Source: Octopus sinensis
Lineage: Eukaryota
Reading direction: 5' to 3'
Assembly (NCBI RefSeq): GCF_006345805.1
Contig: NC_043014.1
Span: 5,084,001-5,148,000, forward strand
Length of the DNA stretch: 64,000 bases
In this document: positions 28,306 to 40,779 of the stretch, one piece after another
Layout of the letters: each line of letters opens with the position of its first letter
Position numbering within the stretch: the first letter of the stretch is position 1
Notes under the pieces: model-generated
Databases searched by the model: none
Told to the model about the DNA's origin: nothing
Seen by the model: only the letters and a program-made list of their open reading frames with translations
Position numbers and translations under genes: made by a program

Positions 28306-30811
28306 ACACACACACACCCACACACACTGACACACAGACACACACACGCACACACACTAACACACACACACTGACATACACACACACCAACACACAAACC
28401 CACAGACACCAACACACACTGACACACACACACAGATACATTGTCTTACACACACACACACACACACACTCACGCACACACATACACATTGACACACAGA
28501 CACTGACAGAGACACACACACTGACACACACACACACACGCTGACACACACACGCACACACACTGACACACACACATACACTGACACACACACACATTGA
28601 CACACACACACACTCCCACACACACACATACACTGACACACACACACACACACACCGACACACACACACACACACACTCACACACTGTTTTAATATTCAG
28701 AGTGGGAAGTATTTCGTTCAACCCACACAGTAATCGCAAGACTTAATCTAATGAAGTCCGTTGTTCGGATTGGATTCTTCACAACAAGCGTTAATGGGAT
28801 TAGAAAAGTTTTATGTGAATATCAAAATCAAAACCTACCAATTCCCACCCACCCATACATACATATATACATACATACACACTTACATACACACATATAT
28901 ACATACATGCATACATACACACACACACATACATACATACATGCATACATACATACAAACATGCATACATACATACACACACACATACATACATACACAC
29001 ATACATACATACATGCATACATACACACTCGCGTATATACATACATATATACATACATACATACCCCCATACATATATACTTACATACACACACATATAT
29101 ACATATATATACATACATACACACATACATACACACATACATACATACAAACATACATACATACACACACATACATACATACATGCATACATACTTTCAT
29201 ACATACATACATATATGTATGCATATATTTATACATAAATGTATGTATACATGTATACATGCATGTATGTTTGAATGTAAGCGTGTATATATCGATAGAC
29301 ACATATACACATACATATATATATACATACATCCATACATACATACATATATACTTACATCCATCCATCCATCCATACATACATACATACTTGGTGGCTG
29401 CACCCTCGTTATCGAGTATGGGCATTGCACGAAGCTTAATCAATGTTGTTATCTTGCAATGGCTGTGCATGAAAATTTATTTTTTATAGCGAGGAAAGGC
29501 TGTGCACTGAGTCAATCCAAGTCACTAAGCAACAGCAGCCATAATCCGAAAAGAAGAAAAAGTCAACATCATCGGTAACCACTGAGCCGCAGGTTTTATG
29601 TCGGAGTTATCCCAGTTACCTGAATTACCCTCTCCTAGAAGGATGCCCTAACAAAGGCTAGGAGTCCTCCACTCCCAATGGTTTAACCGCGCGATCGAGT
29701 ATTCAGTCCGATTACTTCTATGTCCCCGCGCATGATACAGCCTTAAGACATATATTGGATGGCCGTTGAATCTCAAGAGTTCCTTCGCTCTTTGACGGGT
29801 TTTGTTTTTCATCCCACAGGGTGTCCAATAGACTCGCTCCTCACCAAGCAAGCTTCGTGGAGTCGCCGGCTTAGTCGCCGACGACCCGACAATGCAACAG
29901 GTTGTACTGGGTTACATGTCACCAGTAGCACTCGAAAGTGACCTGACATACATACATACATACATACATATATACATACATACATACATGCATACATACA
30001 TACATACATACATACATACAAACATACATACATGCATACATACATACATACACACGTACATACATACATACATACATACATACATACATGCATACATGCA
30101 TACATACATACATGCATACATACATACAAGCATACATTCATGCATGCATACATAATACATACATACATACATGCATACATGCATACATACATACATACAT
30201 GCATGCATACATACATACATACATACATGCATACATGCATACATACATGCATTCATGCATATATACATACATACATGCATACATACATACATGCATACAT
30301 ACATATATGCATACCTACTTACATACATGCATACATACATACATACATATATACATTCATGCATACATACATACATACATACATGCATACATACATACAG
30401 ACATACATACATACATACATACATGCATACAAAAATATCCTGTTCATGTTGTTGAAATTCCAATGAAAGATACTTGGAACTAAGTTAGAAACCGTCTCTC
30501 TTTCTGTTGGCCAGAAATATTCTATTAAAACCGAATAATGACATTCATACATATTTTTAGCTAGTCATTATCACTAGCTTTGAATACGTCTCTTCTTGTT
30601 TTATAAATCATAGCAAAACATACAGGTACAGTGTCTCCCATTTGAAACTCAATTCGCAAGTGCACCTTCCGTATGGACTGCATTTGTACGACGGAATCCC
30701 ATAGTTATGATTAAATATTCTTAGATGAAGCATATTAGACCCCTCAGATATAGTTTGACCACATTTAATATATTTGTATATATATGTGTATGTATGTGTG
30801 TGTGTGTGCGC

Positions 30812-30842
<31 letters not shown>

Positions 30843-32385
30843 CTTGTGTATTTGTGTGTGTGTGTGTGTGTGTATTTGTGTGTGTGCTTGTGTGTTTGTT
30901 TGTGTGTGTGTCTGTGTGTGTGTGTGTGTAACACTCTCTGTTTGGCCCTCGAAATAAGGTTAATTTCAACAAAGTCCCATAATTTTCCTATTGTAATGGC
31001 GGGTTGCATATGCAGCTGCGCATGCTCTGTACAACTTAAACACATGGCGGTCGTTTTAACTGTCTAATTATGCCGCTGAATCAAAAGATGAATTTGAAGA
31101 TCTACCAGCGTCCGTATTCTCTGCAATTGTTTACGATTTACAACCAAGAAAATATTTGTAATCTAGAGAAGCGAATGCAGATTTACCCATCAGACTAATA
31201 ATAGTGGGATAGTAAACATTAATAATCTTTAATCTTTATTGCAGCTTGATGCTGTTAACCGAACCCTTCGTTTATCTAACAAATATTCGACACACTCCAA
31301 CATGCTGTCATGAATCCTATTGGATATAACGTGACGATCACAACATGTCAGCCTTCTTACACACAGCATCCGTGCTTGCCCTGACTATATTTGCTCTCTT
31401 TACACTCACTTTTATGGGTGTTGTATTCGTTTTACATGAAATGTATTCAGCTTCGCGGATCCATCCTTTCTTCGAGTCTGGTATGTTTACGTAGATGAGT
31501 GAAAGAAATCGTCGTATTTGATGTTCTCTGCTGCTTAAATGAGGCAATTTTTCTGGTTGATTTCATTTCTTATTCTTGTATATCAGTGTTTAGTGTATGA
31601 CATGTATGTTGTGTGCATCGAGTTTCATTTTGTATCTTATTTCGAAGAGAGGTGGGAATTTTTTGGCATAGATTTTGGTTGGCAGGACCAATACTCATTT
31701 ATACTGTCTTTTGAAGGATTGATCGTGTAAATTCTACATTCTCAGAAAGCTTAAATTGAACATTTTGTGATATTTCCAAAGTAGACGATAAATAGGTTTT
31801 ATAAGATATGGGGTAGGAAAGGAACAGAAAGCTTTCCTGATTAATAACGGCAAATAGAATGGATTGTGTGGAAGTATTTGGTTGTTGTTGAAAGAATCAG
31901 TTAAGTTCTGTGCTATGTAATGTAGCGGTTGATGGCTCCTCGTCAGAATCCGAGTTGTAATTTGAAAACCAAGATGTCTGAGATAGCAGCGTCGAGGATT
32001 AGATTTTCTAAGGCTGTGCATGAAAAGCTGATATAATTCTATGGTGGTACATTATTTGGGGTTTGTTGAATCATGAGACAGAAGACAAAATACTGTTAAA
32101 CAAAATAACATTTTATTTCAACGATAAGTTTGATAAACTGAAATCTTACAAAATGTTTTCTAGAATCATTTCGACAGATTTAGATTTTTCTTGTTTTTGA
32201 GGATATTTCTGGCATTCTACGTCGCCTCTTTTGTATTGTTTGAATATCTTCTCTAAACTAGTACAACAGTTTATTGTAACGATAGACATACTTTAAAGAA
32301 AATATTAGGTAACACAATTAAAATTTTATGTTATTTATTGAAATTCACAGACATATTTTCATATGGAAACGAATTTAATTTCTAT

Positions 32386-32885
32386 TCAATATTTACTGCA
32401 CACAACGCAGGTTAATTCTTGACCATTGACATACGGTGGACATGGCAACGAACCACAACCAGCCTGAACGAAATATAAAACAGCTCCATCTTCGTTTCTG
32501 TAACCTGCTGGATCAGCTTCTGGTGCATAATCCACACACACATATTCTTGTCTGCCTTTATGCCCGTGATAATTGGCCATCAAATATCCTGAATACTCAG
32601 CTGTCCAACCAGCGTAACACTGTGTCCTGGCTGGTAACATCATAACAACAGCAGGTTGTCGTGTCAAACAGACAGCGCACGGAACGTTGTGATCATGAAG
32701 TGATTTAGCGTTAGCAAAAGAAAAGAGTTTATTAGTTGGGTAGGATTCCAGTTGATATTCACTGCCATAAATGTGACCACCTTCTTCAACTTTTGTAGTA
32801 TAATTGGCCCAAATGGGATCGTTAGGTAGACATAAGAGATTACTTCCGCCACCTGTGTGGTCGTACCATTGTCCACCAGCCACAC
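32386..32885 (-). CDS. Copy C exon 4, C4-like domain
   Basis: Acceptor aattctag; open reading frame to ELTCVVCSKY-stop. Confidence 0.92.
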
Positions 32886-34404
32886 CTAGAATTGGTAAGA
32901 ATAAATCAAGTAAAAAAGATATTAAGCAAAATTATATATGAAATTACGGAAACATTCATTACAGTTTGACCCTTAAAAGGAGTCATGTTTAGTCACGTGT
33001 GAACGAATTGTTGTGTATGTTTTAGTGTTTATATGAGTGTAAGCTGTGTTATATATTTGTGTCTTTGTGTTTGTGTGTGTGTGTGTGTGTGTGTACGGGT
33101 AAGTATTTGTTGTTGTGATGTGTATTGCTTGGGGTAGATGTTTGTGTGTGGATGTCAATAAACGGTGAAAGGAAAGGGATTTTGTTACTCTTGTGGTCGT
33201 GATTTCCCGAAATGGAAAAGATGTCGTTCACATTTGAACGGGAAAATTGTTGGTGATGGGAATTGCATATGGTTTGAGTAGAAGAATACGAGAGACGGCG
33301 AGATGCAGAGAACTGGTGGGTAAGAGGGGATGAAATACTGTTTAGCCGACCATACGGGTGTGGCTGGCTATATCCATCGGTTTGTCTGGGACGAGTCAGG
33401 CCTACCACGAGACGGGCCTACCACATACTATAATATTATGATCACACAGATTTTATTTCATACAAAGCATGAACTGAGGTGGGGTGAATTTTGAAGCTCA
33501 TTGATGGCGTAGTGCTTAAGAAGAATGGACAGCGGAGTGGGCGACCGATAAACGATATGTGTAGGGTTTATAGAGAGCAGATTCACAAAGGATGCCAGGT
33601 TGGTTGGAGAAGATGTGGGAAGCAGTAGCTTTGAATTGAATGTGCCGGTGTTACCTTACAAAGATACACTGGACAATTAATGAGGCGAGGTGTTGCATGA
33701 AAAGAGATAGGTTTGAGGGATAGGACGATTTCGGTGAGGTGGAGAAGAATAGTTGTGCAATATGTACTCACTTGGGTTCTCTCAGTGGTACTTCATCCCT
33801 CCACATTTTGCATAATACATACGACCCTAAGTTAGCTTTGTCCATTAGTTACAGTGTGTGGTCTGTCCAGTCCACATTGTACATTCTGCGTTCATTTCAT
33901 TAACCATATACATTCATTCATCAATTCTAATTAGACCTTGTTCAATTTAGTCTATAACAACAAGCAATAGACATTCTAGTTAATGATAGTCAAGTGGCCA
34001 CTTTCAGCTCTGGTCACTCACGTACAATACCACCATCCGTATCCAGTACACTTGATCACCAGTTAGCAGCCTCGGTATTTGATATCTACACTCCATACAA
34101 GTCAGCCAGGTGTCCTTGATCGCTATACTGGATTCCAGTCTAGTCCCTATCTATAATTAAACGTAGAGATATCTATATTCTGAGGTTAGACAACATCCTT
34201 TTCACCTGGTCCATATTAGACCACATTTAAATTCTGATTTGACCAAATACCTACAAAGGAGTAAGCAGTATTGTGCAGTCTCTATAGGGTCTATAGGTAT
34301 CGTTTCAAACGTGATATATCACATGATTTGCTTGAGTGTGCGTGCGTGTGCGTGCGTGCGTGTGCGTGTGAGAAAGAGAGGATAGAAATACAGAGTATAC
34401 TAAC

Positions 34405-34479
34405 CGTCATAGACAAGGTTTGAATAAGGAGGACAAGTAGTTCTGCCCCACCGGGTATACAATGATCCGAGACCGGGTT
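34405..34479 (-). CDS. Copy C exon 3
   Basis: 75 nt, PGLGSLYTRWGRTTCPPYSNLVYD, canonical splice sites. Confidence 0.9.
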
Positions 34480-34807
34480 CTGTGAAATTAAAATGAAACA
34501 ATTTAGTTTAAAAGAAAGAATTCTTGAATCCTATACAAAGGATGTTGTTGGTTTGGAAGAAATTGAGAGAGAGGAAAGAAATTTAGAATTTAAGAGAAAA
34601 AGAATGAGTGAATGAATGAGAATCAGAATGAAAGAAGTAAATGATTCGCAAAGAATAAATTTTAAACGAAGAAAATTAGTCATTTGACTATTGAGCCTGT
34701 TGTTGACGTTGATGTCAACGAATTCAGAGATTAATCTCAGAATATCAGAATGTGTATGTGTCTCCCTTAAGAACGGATGTTTGTTTTGTAGTTGGACTTG
34801 GATGTGA

Positions 34808-34857
<50 letters not shown>

Positions 34858-35077
34858 TCAATATAGGGTGGCAAAAAAATTTTGTAGAATTCTTTTGCCA
34901 CCAGCGGCCTAGTGGGAAAAAATTAAATAGTCATAAACCATTTTTAAGTTCAACATCACAATCAAGGAACGGCCATAATAGGCCATTCACCCACTAGAAA
35001 TAACAGCCAAAAGCTTTAACCGCAAAATAACGTCAATTCCGTAAACCAGGAGAAAATTAAAAAACATTTACCCTGTA

Positions 35078-35184
35078 ATTTCTTAGACGATGCACCGTTT
35101 CATCTACTGTTTAATGGAAAACTAACCTGATTAAATTAAATCAAGCCAATCTACCATAGGCCCTTAGATTCATCAGTAAGAAAT
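35078..35184 (-). ncRNA. Type I hammerhead ribozyme, canonical core
   Basis: ATTTCTTA-CTGATGA-ATCTA...TAGAT-GAA-ACGG(TGCA)TCGT-C^-TAAGAAAT: 8-bp stem I, 5-bp stem II base with long insert, 4-bp stem III (one G-U pair), GUC triplet; cut between 35086 and 35085. Confidence 0.85.
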
Positions 35185-35567
35185 AGCCAAGCCGGAACAG
35201 ATATTTTTCACGAGGCATTCTCGTTGCTACCTCGTCAATATCTGACCTAAAATTTTCAAATCGTCGCACTCGCGCCAAATTTATCGGCAGCAAATAAATA
35301 TAAGCCGCCGATTCCATTACGGAACTAACCAGAAAATTCATAATTAATCAATATAGGGTGGCAAAAAAATTTTGTAGAATTCTTTTGCCACCAGCGGCCT
35401 AGTGGGAAAAAATTAAATAGTCATAAACCATTTTTAAGTTCAACATCACAATCAAGGAACGGCCATAATAGGCCATTCACCCACTAGAAATAACAGCCAA
35501 AAGCTTTAACCGCAAAATAACGTCAATTCCGTAAACCAGGAGAAAATTAAAAAACATTTACCCTGTA

Positions 35568-35674
35568 ATTTCTTAGACGATGCACCGTTTCATCTACTGT
35601 TTAATGGAAAACTAACCTGATTAAATTAAATCAAGCCAATCTACCATAGGCCCTTAGATTCATCAGTAAGAAAT
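35568..35674 (-). ncRNA. Type I hammerhead ribozyme, second tandem copy
   Basis: Same as 35078-35184, offset 490 nt. Confidence 0.85.
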
Positions 35675-36444
35675 AGCCAAGCCGGAACAGATATTTTTCA
35701 CGAGGCATTCTCGTTGCTACCTCGTCAATATCTGACCTAAAATTTTCAAATCGTCGCACTCGCGCCAAATTTATCGGCAGCAAATAAATATAAGCCGCCG
35801 ATTCCATTACGGAACTAACCAGAAAATTCATAATTAATCAATATAGGGTGGCAAAAAAATTTTGTAGAATTCTTTTGCCACCAGCGGCCTAGTGGGAAAA
35901 AATTAAATAGTCATAAACCATTTTTAAGTTCAACATCACAATCAAGGAACGGCCATAATAGGCCATTCACCCACTAGAAATAACAGCCAAAAGCTTTAAC
36001 CGCAAAATAACGTCAATTCCGTAAACCAGGAGAAAATTAAAAAACATTTACCCTGTAAATTTACAGGGTAAATGTTTTTTAATTTTCTCCTGGTTTACGG
36101 AATTGACGTTATTTTGCGGTTAAAGCTTTTGGCTGTTATTTCTAGTGGGTGAATGGCCTATTATGGCCGTTCCTTGATTGTGATGTTGAACTTAAAAATG
36201 GTTTATGACTATTTAATTTTTTCCCACTAGGCCGCTGGTGGCAAAAGAATTCTACAAAATTTTTTTGCCACCCTATATTGATTAATTATGAATTTTCTGG
36301 TTAGTTCCGTAATGGAATCGGCGGCTTATATTTATTTGCTGCCGATAAATTTGGCGCGAGTGCGACGATTTGAAAATTTTAGGTCAGATATTGACGAGGT
36401 AGCAACGAGAATGCCTCGTGGAAAATATCTGTTCCGGCTTGGCT

Positions 36445-36551
36445 ATTTCTTACTGATGAATCTAAGGGCCTATGGTAGATTGGCTTGATTTAATTTAATC
36501 AGGTTAGTTTTCCATTAAACAGTAGATGAAACGGTGCATCGTCTAAGAAAT
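36445..36551 (+). ncRNA. Type I hammerhead ribozyme in the inverted arm
   Basis: atttctta ctgatga atcta ... tagat gaa acgg tgca tcgt c taagaaat read directly on + strand; cut after 36543. Confidence 0.85.
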
Positions 36552-36695
36552 TACAGGGTAAATGTTTTTTAATTTTCTCCTGGTTTACGGAATTGACGTT
36601 ATTTTGCGGTTAAAGCATTTGGCTGTTATTTCTAGTGGGTGAATGGCCTATTATGGCCGTTCCTTGATTGTGATGATATATATATATATATATAT

Positions 36696-37117
36696 CTTTA
36701 CTCTTTTTTCCTTTTACTCTTTTATTTGTTTCAGTAATTTGACTGCGGCCATGCTGGAGCACCGCCTTTAGTCGAGCAAATCGACCCCGGGACTTATTCT
36801 TTGTAAGCCTAGTACTTATTCTATCGGTCTCTTTTGCCGAACCGCTAGATGACGGGGACGTAAACACACCAGCATCGGTTGTCAAGCAATGCTAGGGGGA
36901 CAAACACAGACACACAAACACACACACATACATATACATATATATATACATATATACGACAGGCTTCTTTCAGTTTCCGCCTACCAAATCCACTCACAAG
37001 GCATTGGTCGGCCCGGGGCTATAGTAGAAGACACTTGCTTAAGGTGCCACGCAGTGGGACTGAACCCGGGACCATGTGGTTGGTTAGCAAGCTACTTACG
37101 ACATAGCTACTCCTGCG

Positions 37118-37119
<2 letters not shown>
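36696..37119 (-). mobile_element. tRNA-derived SINE family 1
   Basis: Same head and body as 18511-18911, embedded in (TA)n. Confidence 0.8.
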
Positions 37120-37167
<48 letters not shown>

Positions 37168-37168
<1 letters not shown>

Positions 37169-37453
37169 CGGGAAGCGTTATGAAAATAGACAAAAGACGA
37201 AGGCAGGTGCAAAACAAACAAACAATTGTATTAGTATGGCGCTCAGGAAATATAAATAAAACAAGTCTTTAACGTTTCGAGCCTACGCTCTTCAACAGAA
37301 AGATACACAGAGAAAAAAAACACAGAAAGAAGGAGAGAAAAAAATGCGTGCAGTAACTAACGAATCAACATGGCGATCTGATTTCAGCCAGAAGTCAAAG
37401 AACAAACATGAGACGTGAGAGCGAAATTAGGGGAGATAATAGGGTTGAAAGAT

Positions 37454-37455
<2 letters not shown>
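37168..37455 (-). mobile_element. (TA)n-embedded Penelope pLTR-like fragment with minimal hammerhead-like motif at 37266-37303
   Basis: Minus strand TCTTT-CTGTTGA-A-GAGC(GTAG)GCTC-GAAACGTT-AAAGA; core deviates (A6 to U); flanked by (TA)n. Confidence 0.5.
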
Positions 37456-37515
<60 letters not shown>

Positions 37516-40111
37516 TACATATATATATGCATTTATATATATTTGTGACAATAAAAATGATTAAGTTCTTCTTTTATAGATATGTTAGCCATATTATCAA
37601 TTCTTGGCACCTGATTGGTCAATTACAAATATCAGCTTGGTGTTTGGCGCGAAGAGAGTCCATTTCCTTCCAGAAGACTAGTATGGCCACCCCATTAAGT
37701 TGTGTGAGGCGATTCCACCCAATCAATACTTCTTGCGGTTATAGGCGTCAAAGTGTGCACGGAAGTCTCCTTGTAAGACAACTGACTTTACCCCAAATAT
37801 ATCCAAAGATGCAGTGACTTTGTTAAGGAAGCATTTGTATTTGGCCTCGCTATTGGATGCATTTACTTCCAGCAGCTACACCACTCCTTCATTCTGCTTG
37901 AGCTTCAGGAGGTATCCCTTAATACCTAGTGGGATTCACTCCATAATCCAATCTGAAAACCAGGGATCGTGAGCATCCCACTTCCGACTGTGCAGACATA
38001 GTTGGCACCACGCCTGCACAGTGGAGTTTCCAACCTACTTCCAAGTGTATGCCTCCGAAGTAACGAAGCTTTCTTGAGGAGACTGATTATATATAACAGG
38101 CAGCGTTTTGTATCGTCCGGTTTTGACAGTCTAATTCTCAATTATGAACGGTTGATCCCTTCTGGACCTGCTACGTGGTTTGGAAGACGCATATTTTGTA
38201 TTCCATCCCAATGCATCTCAGATTGAGTTGGGTGGAGACTGCAATATATTTTCCGAATCGTCTTCTCCAATCAAGATCCAGAGGCAACTGCTTTTATCCC
38301 ACTCGATGGATGATTCGGTATGGCTATTCCTTTGAGCCCTTAGCGTACTCTTTGTATATGCAGCAAAATGCGAATTCAAATACAAATTCTTTCTAAGCAA
38401 ATTCACCTCAGCTTTAGATATATTTGGGGTAAAGTCATTTGTCCTGCCAGGAAACTTCAGTGCACACCTTGGCACTGATAACCGTGAGAAGGATTGATTG
38501 GAAGGAATGTCGTCAGTGAACTTAATGGAGAGGTCATAGGAGGCTTCTGTGCAGGATACACAATCTCCTCTCTCTGGTATAGATATTATTTTAAGACAGG
38601 GATATTTATAAGGGTACCTGATATAGAAATACTTGGTGACAGAGGTTTTTGATAGAGTTTGGTGATCTTTCACTCTTTGGTGAACGTTCGGGTAAAAGGA
38701 AGGGGTGGAGTTGTCAACTCGGCACTACCTAACTGTCTGAAAACCTGAAAATTCTCACAGTCTGCCGCACAGTGAAAATTGGTAAGGCCAGTGCGACCTA
38801 CAGAATACAGTTGGAAGCCGCAGTGGATGCTGGGATCGGAAACAAAAATGTGGAGACATTTGCATCCAAATTGTGAGTGACCCACCCGTATGAACTTGGA
38901 CCTCGAAATGGGTTCGTGATTGTATTATTTTTCGGCAGGTTCTTCTTCGGTTGAACGCTTATTTGCGCTAAATTCACTTAAAAGTGGTAATGCTGCTGGT
39001 GAAATGTACGTCCGGCTTGATATTTTAGAAGCCATAAATACAGATGGTATTCTCTGAGTGACCCATGTACGCTAGGTGGATGGGACCTCTGGAAAAATCA
39101 CCAAGGCAATGGTAATATGGGGTGACAATCACAATGTTTTCAAAAAGAGACCAAAGTGTGTGTTTTAATTATAGAAAAGTCTACACTAGATGTCAGGAAA
39201 AGATATGTAGGGAAATTGTCGTGCCCAAGATTACTGTCCGGGACGCGGAACACCCGACCAGATAGTCGTTCAAAACAGATATTCCATCAAACGTTGAAGA
39301 ACTTCCAAGAGGAATACGCTTTAAACCACAAAAAGGCACACGATCACGTGCCCTGGGGCATGTTGCGGATGGTTTACCCGGAAGGTGAGTTTAATGGGCA
39401 AATACTGGTTGCCATAAAGTACTTATATGGATGTTCAAATGATTGTATTTATGTAAAAGTCGAAAGTTTACAACGTGAAGGTTTCACTTAGTTGAAGTGC
39501 GCATTGTTAGTGCCCCTTCTCACATTCTTTTTTGTGATCTGGTTGAATATGCGCAGCCATTGTGGTAGAGGTATCCCAATTCATCTCTACTTGATCGGTC
39601 GACTGTTATTTGTAGACAACATGCTGCTACCTGATTCGTCTGATGGTCACCAACAACGTGCACCGAATGGGTTGTCTGCCGAGTACCGCAAAGCAGGATT
39701 GACAAATACGCACTGTGTAGGAAAGTGGAACATCATTATTTCGGGTCTCTATTCACGAATGATTGGAAGCACAAGAGTGGACAGAATGCTGAATTGTAGA
39801 TATAAACGCAGTGAAGCGCCAGCTCGGGCATTTGATTCCCAGATGAAGAGGTCTTGGTAGAATTATCGACGTAGCACTGCATATATACTCATATACACAC
39901 AATACACGGCATAGTATATTGGAGTAACATTTTAGTTAGGAAATTATTGTAAAGTAGAACATATATTGAAATAAATTCAGGCAAATGCCTTAGTATATAT
40001 TTTTGTGGACATATGGATAGTAATGAGGAACTAATTCAAAGTTGGTGAAATAATAAACCATTAGTTAATGAGTCACGGGTAAAAGACTTTAGCCATAAAA
40101 TTAGTTCTTAC

Positions 40112-40163
40112 TTGGTGTGTCATCAGGTTTATCGTCGAGAGATTTCTTGGAGATGAAACGGTT
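40112..40163 (-). CDS. Copy C exon 2
   Basis: 52 nt, AG/GT flanked, same peptide. Confidence 0.8.
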
Positions 40164-40700
40164 CTGTGAAAAAATAGAAATAGCATCATATAAATAGAAC
40201 TTCAGAGTATTTATAATCGTTTAGAACTTAAAACAATGCAATAGATGACAACATATTCGGACAGGTATCATTGACAACACTACCATCTCAACCCCTTAGG
40301 AATCTTCTAGAAGGCGCTTCAATCCAGTCAAAGGATTTTCTGAACAATATCAGACAATACAACTCTGCATTTCAAATGACATCGTTTGGTGAATCTAAGA
40401 AGATAGATAAACAGGAATTTACGCCGACGTCAAAGTTCAAGGGCAAGTCTATCCCCTCATTGGTTCCCTGGTACTCGCGAATGAACAACCACATTTCCTC
40501 CAAATTTACTCTATGAGTGATGTAGGACAAGAAACCCGACGTGAGGTGTCAAAATTTCCGATGATGGGTCGTGTTAGACACAGCGCACACTGCTGCAAAG
40601 GAGAGTATATCCGCAGCAATGCCGGGTATGTCTGCTAGTACACACACACACACACATACACTCACACACACACACATATATATATACACATAGATATATC

Positions 40701-40779
<79 letters not shown>

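Larger units (their letters stand above)
34851..36675. mobile_element. Hammerhead-containing 490-bp tandem repeat with terminal inversion (non-LTR retrozyme-like or Penelope pLTR-like) inserted in (TA)n, copy C intron 2
   Basis: Units 34851-35340, 35341-35830, partial 35831-36059, then reverse complement 36060-36675; (TA)n on both sides; absent from copies A, B and D and from the short (TA) run at the same site in E. Confidence 0.8.

Noticed and set aside
35141-35341. 66-aa ORF MNFLVSSVMESAAY... repeated three times
   Set aside because: Repeats only because the 490-bp unit repeats; overlaps the ribozyme core; no recognisable domain
34851-36059. CRISPR-like array or telomeric repeat
   Set aside because: Units are 490-bp identical repeats without unique spacers; eukaryotic context; no TTAGGG tracts
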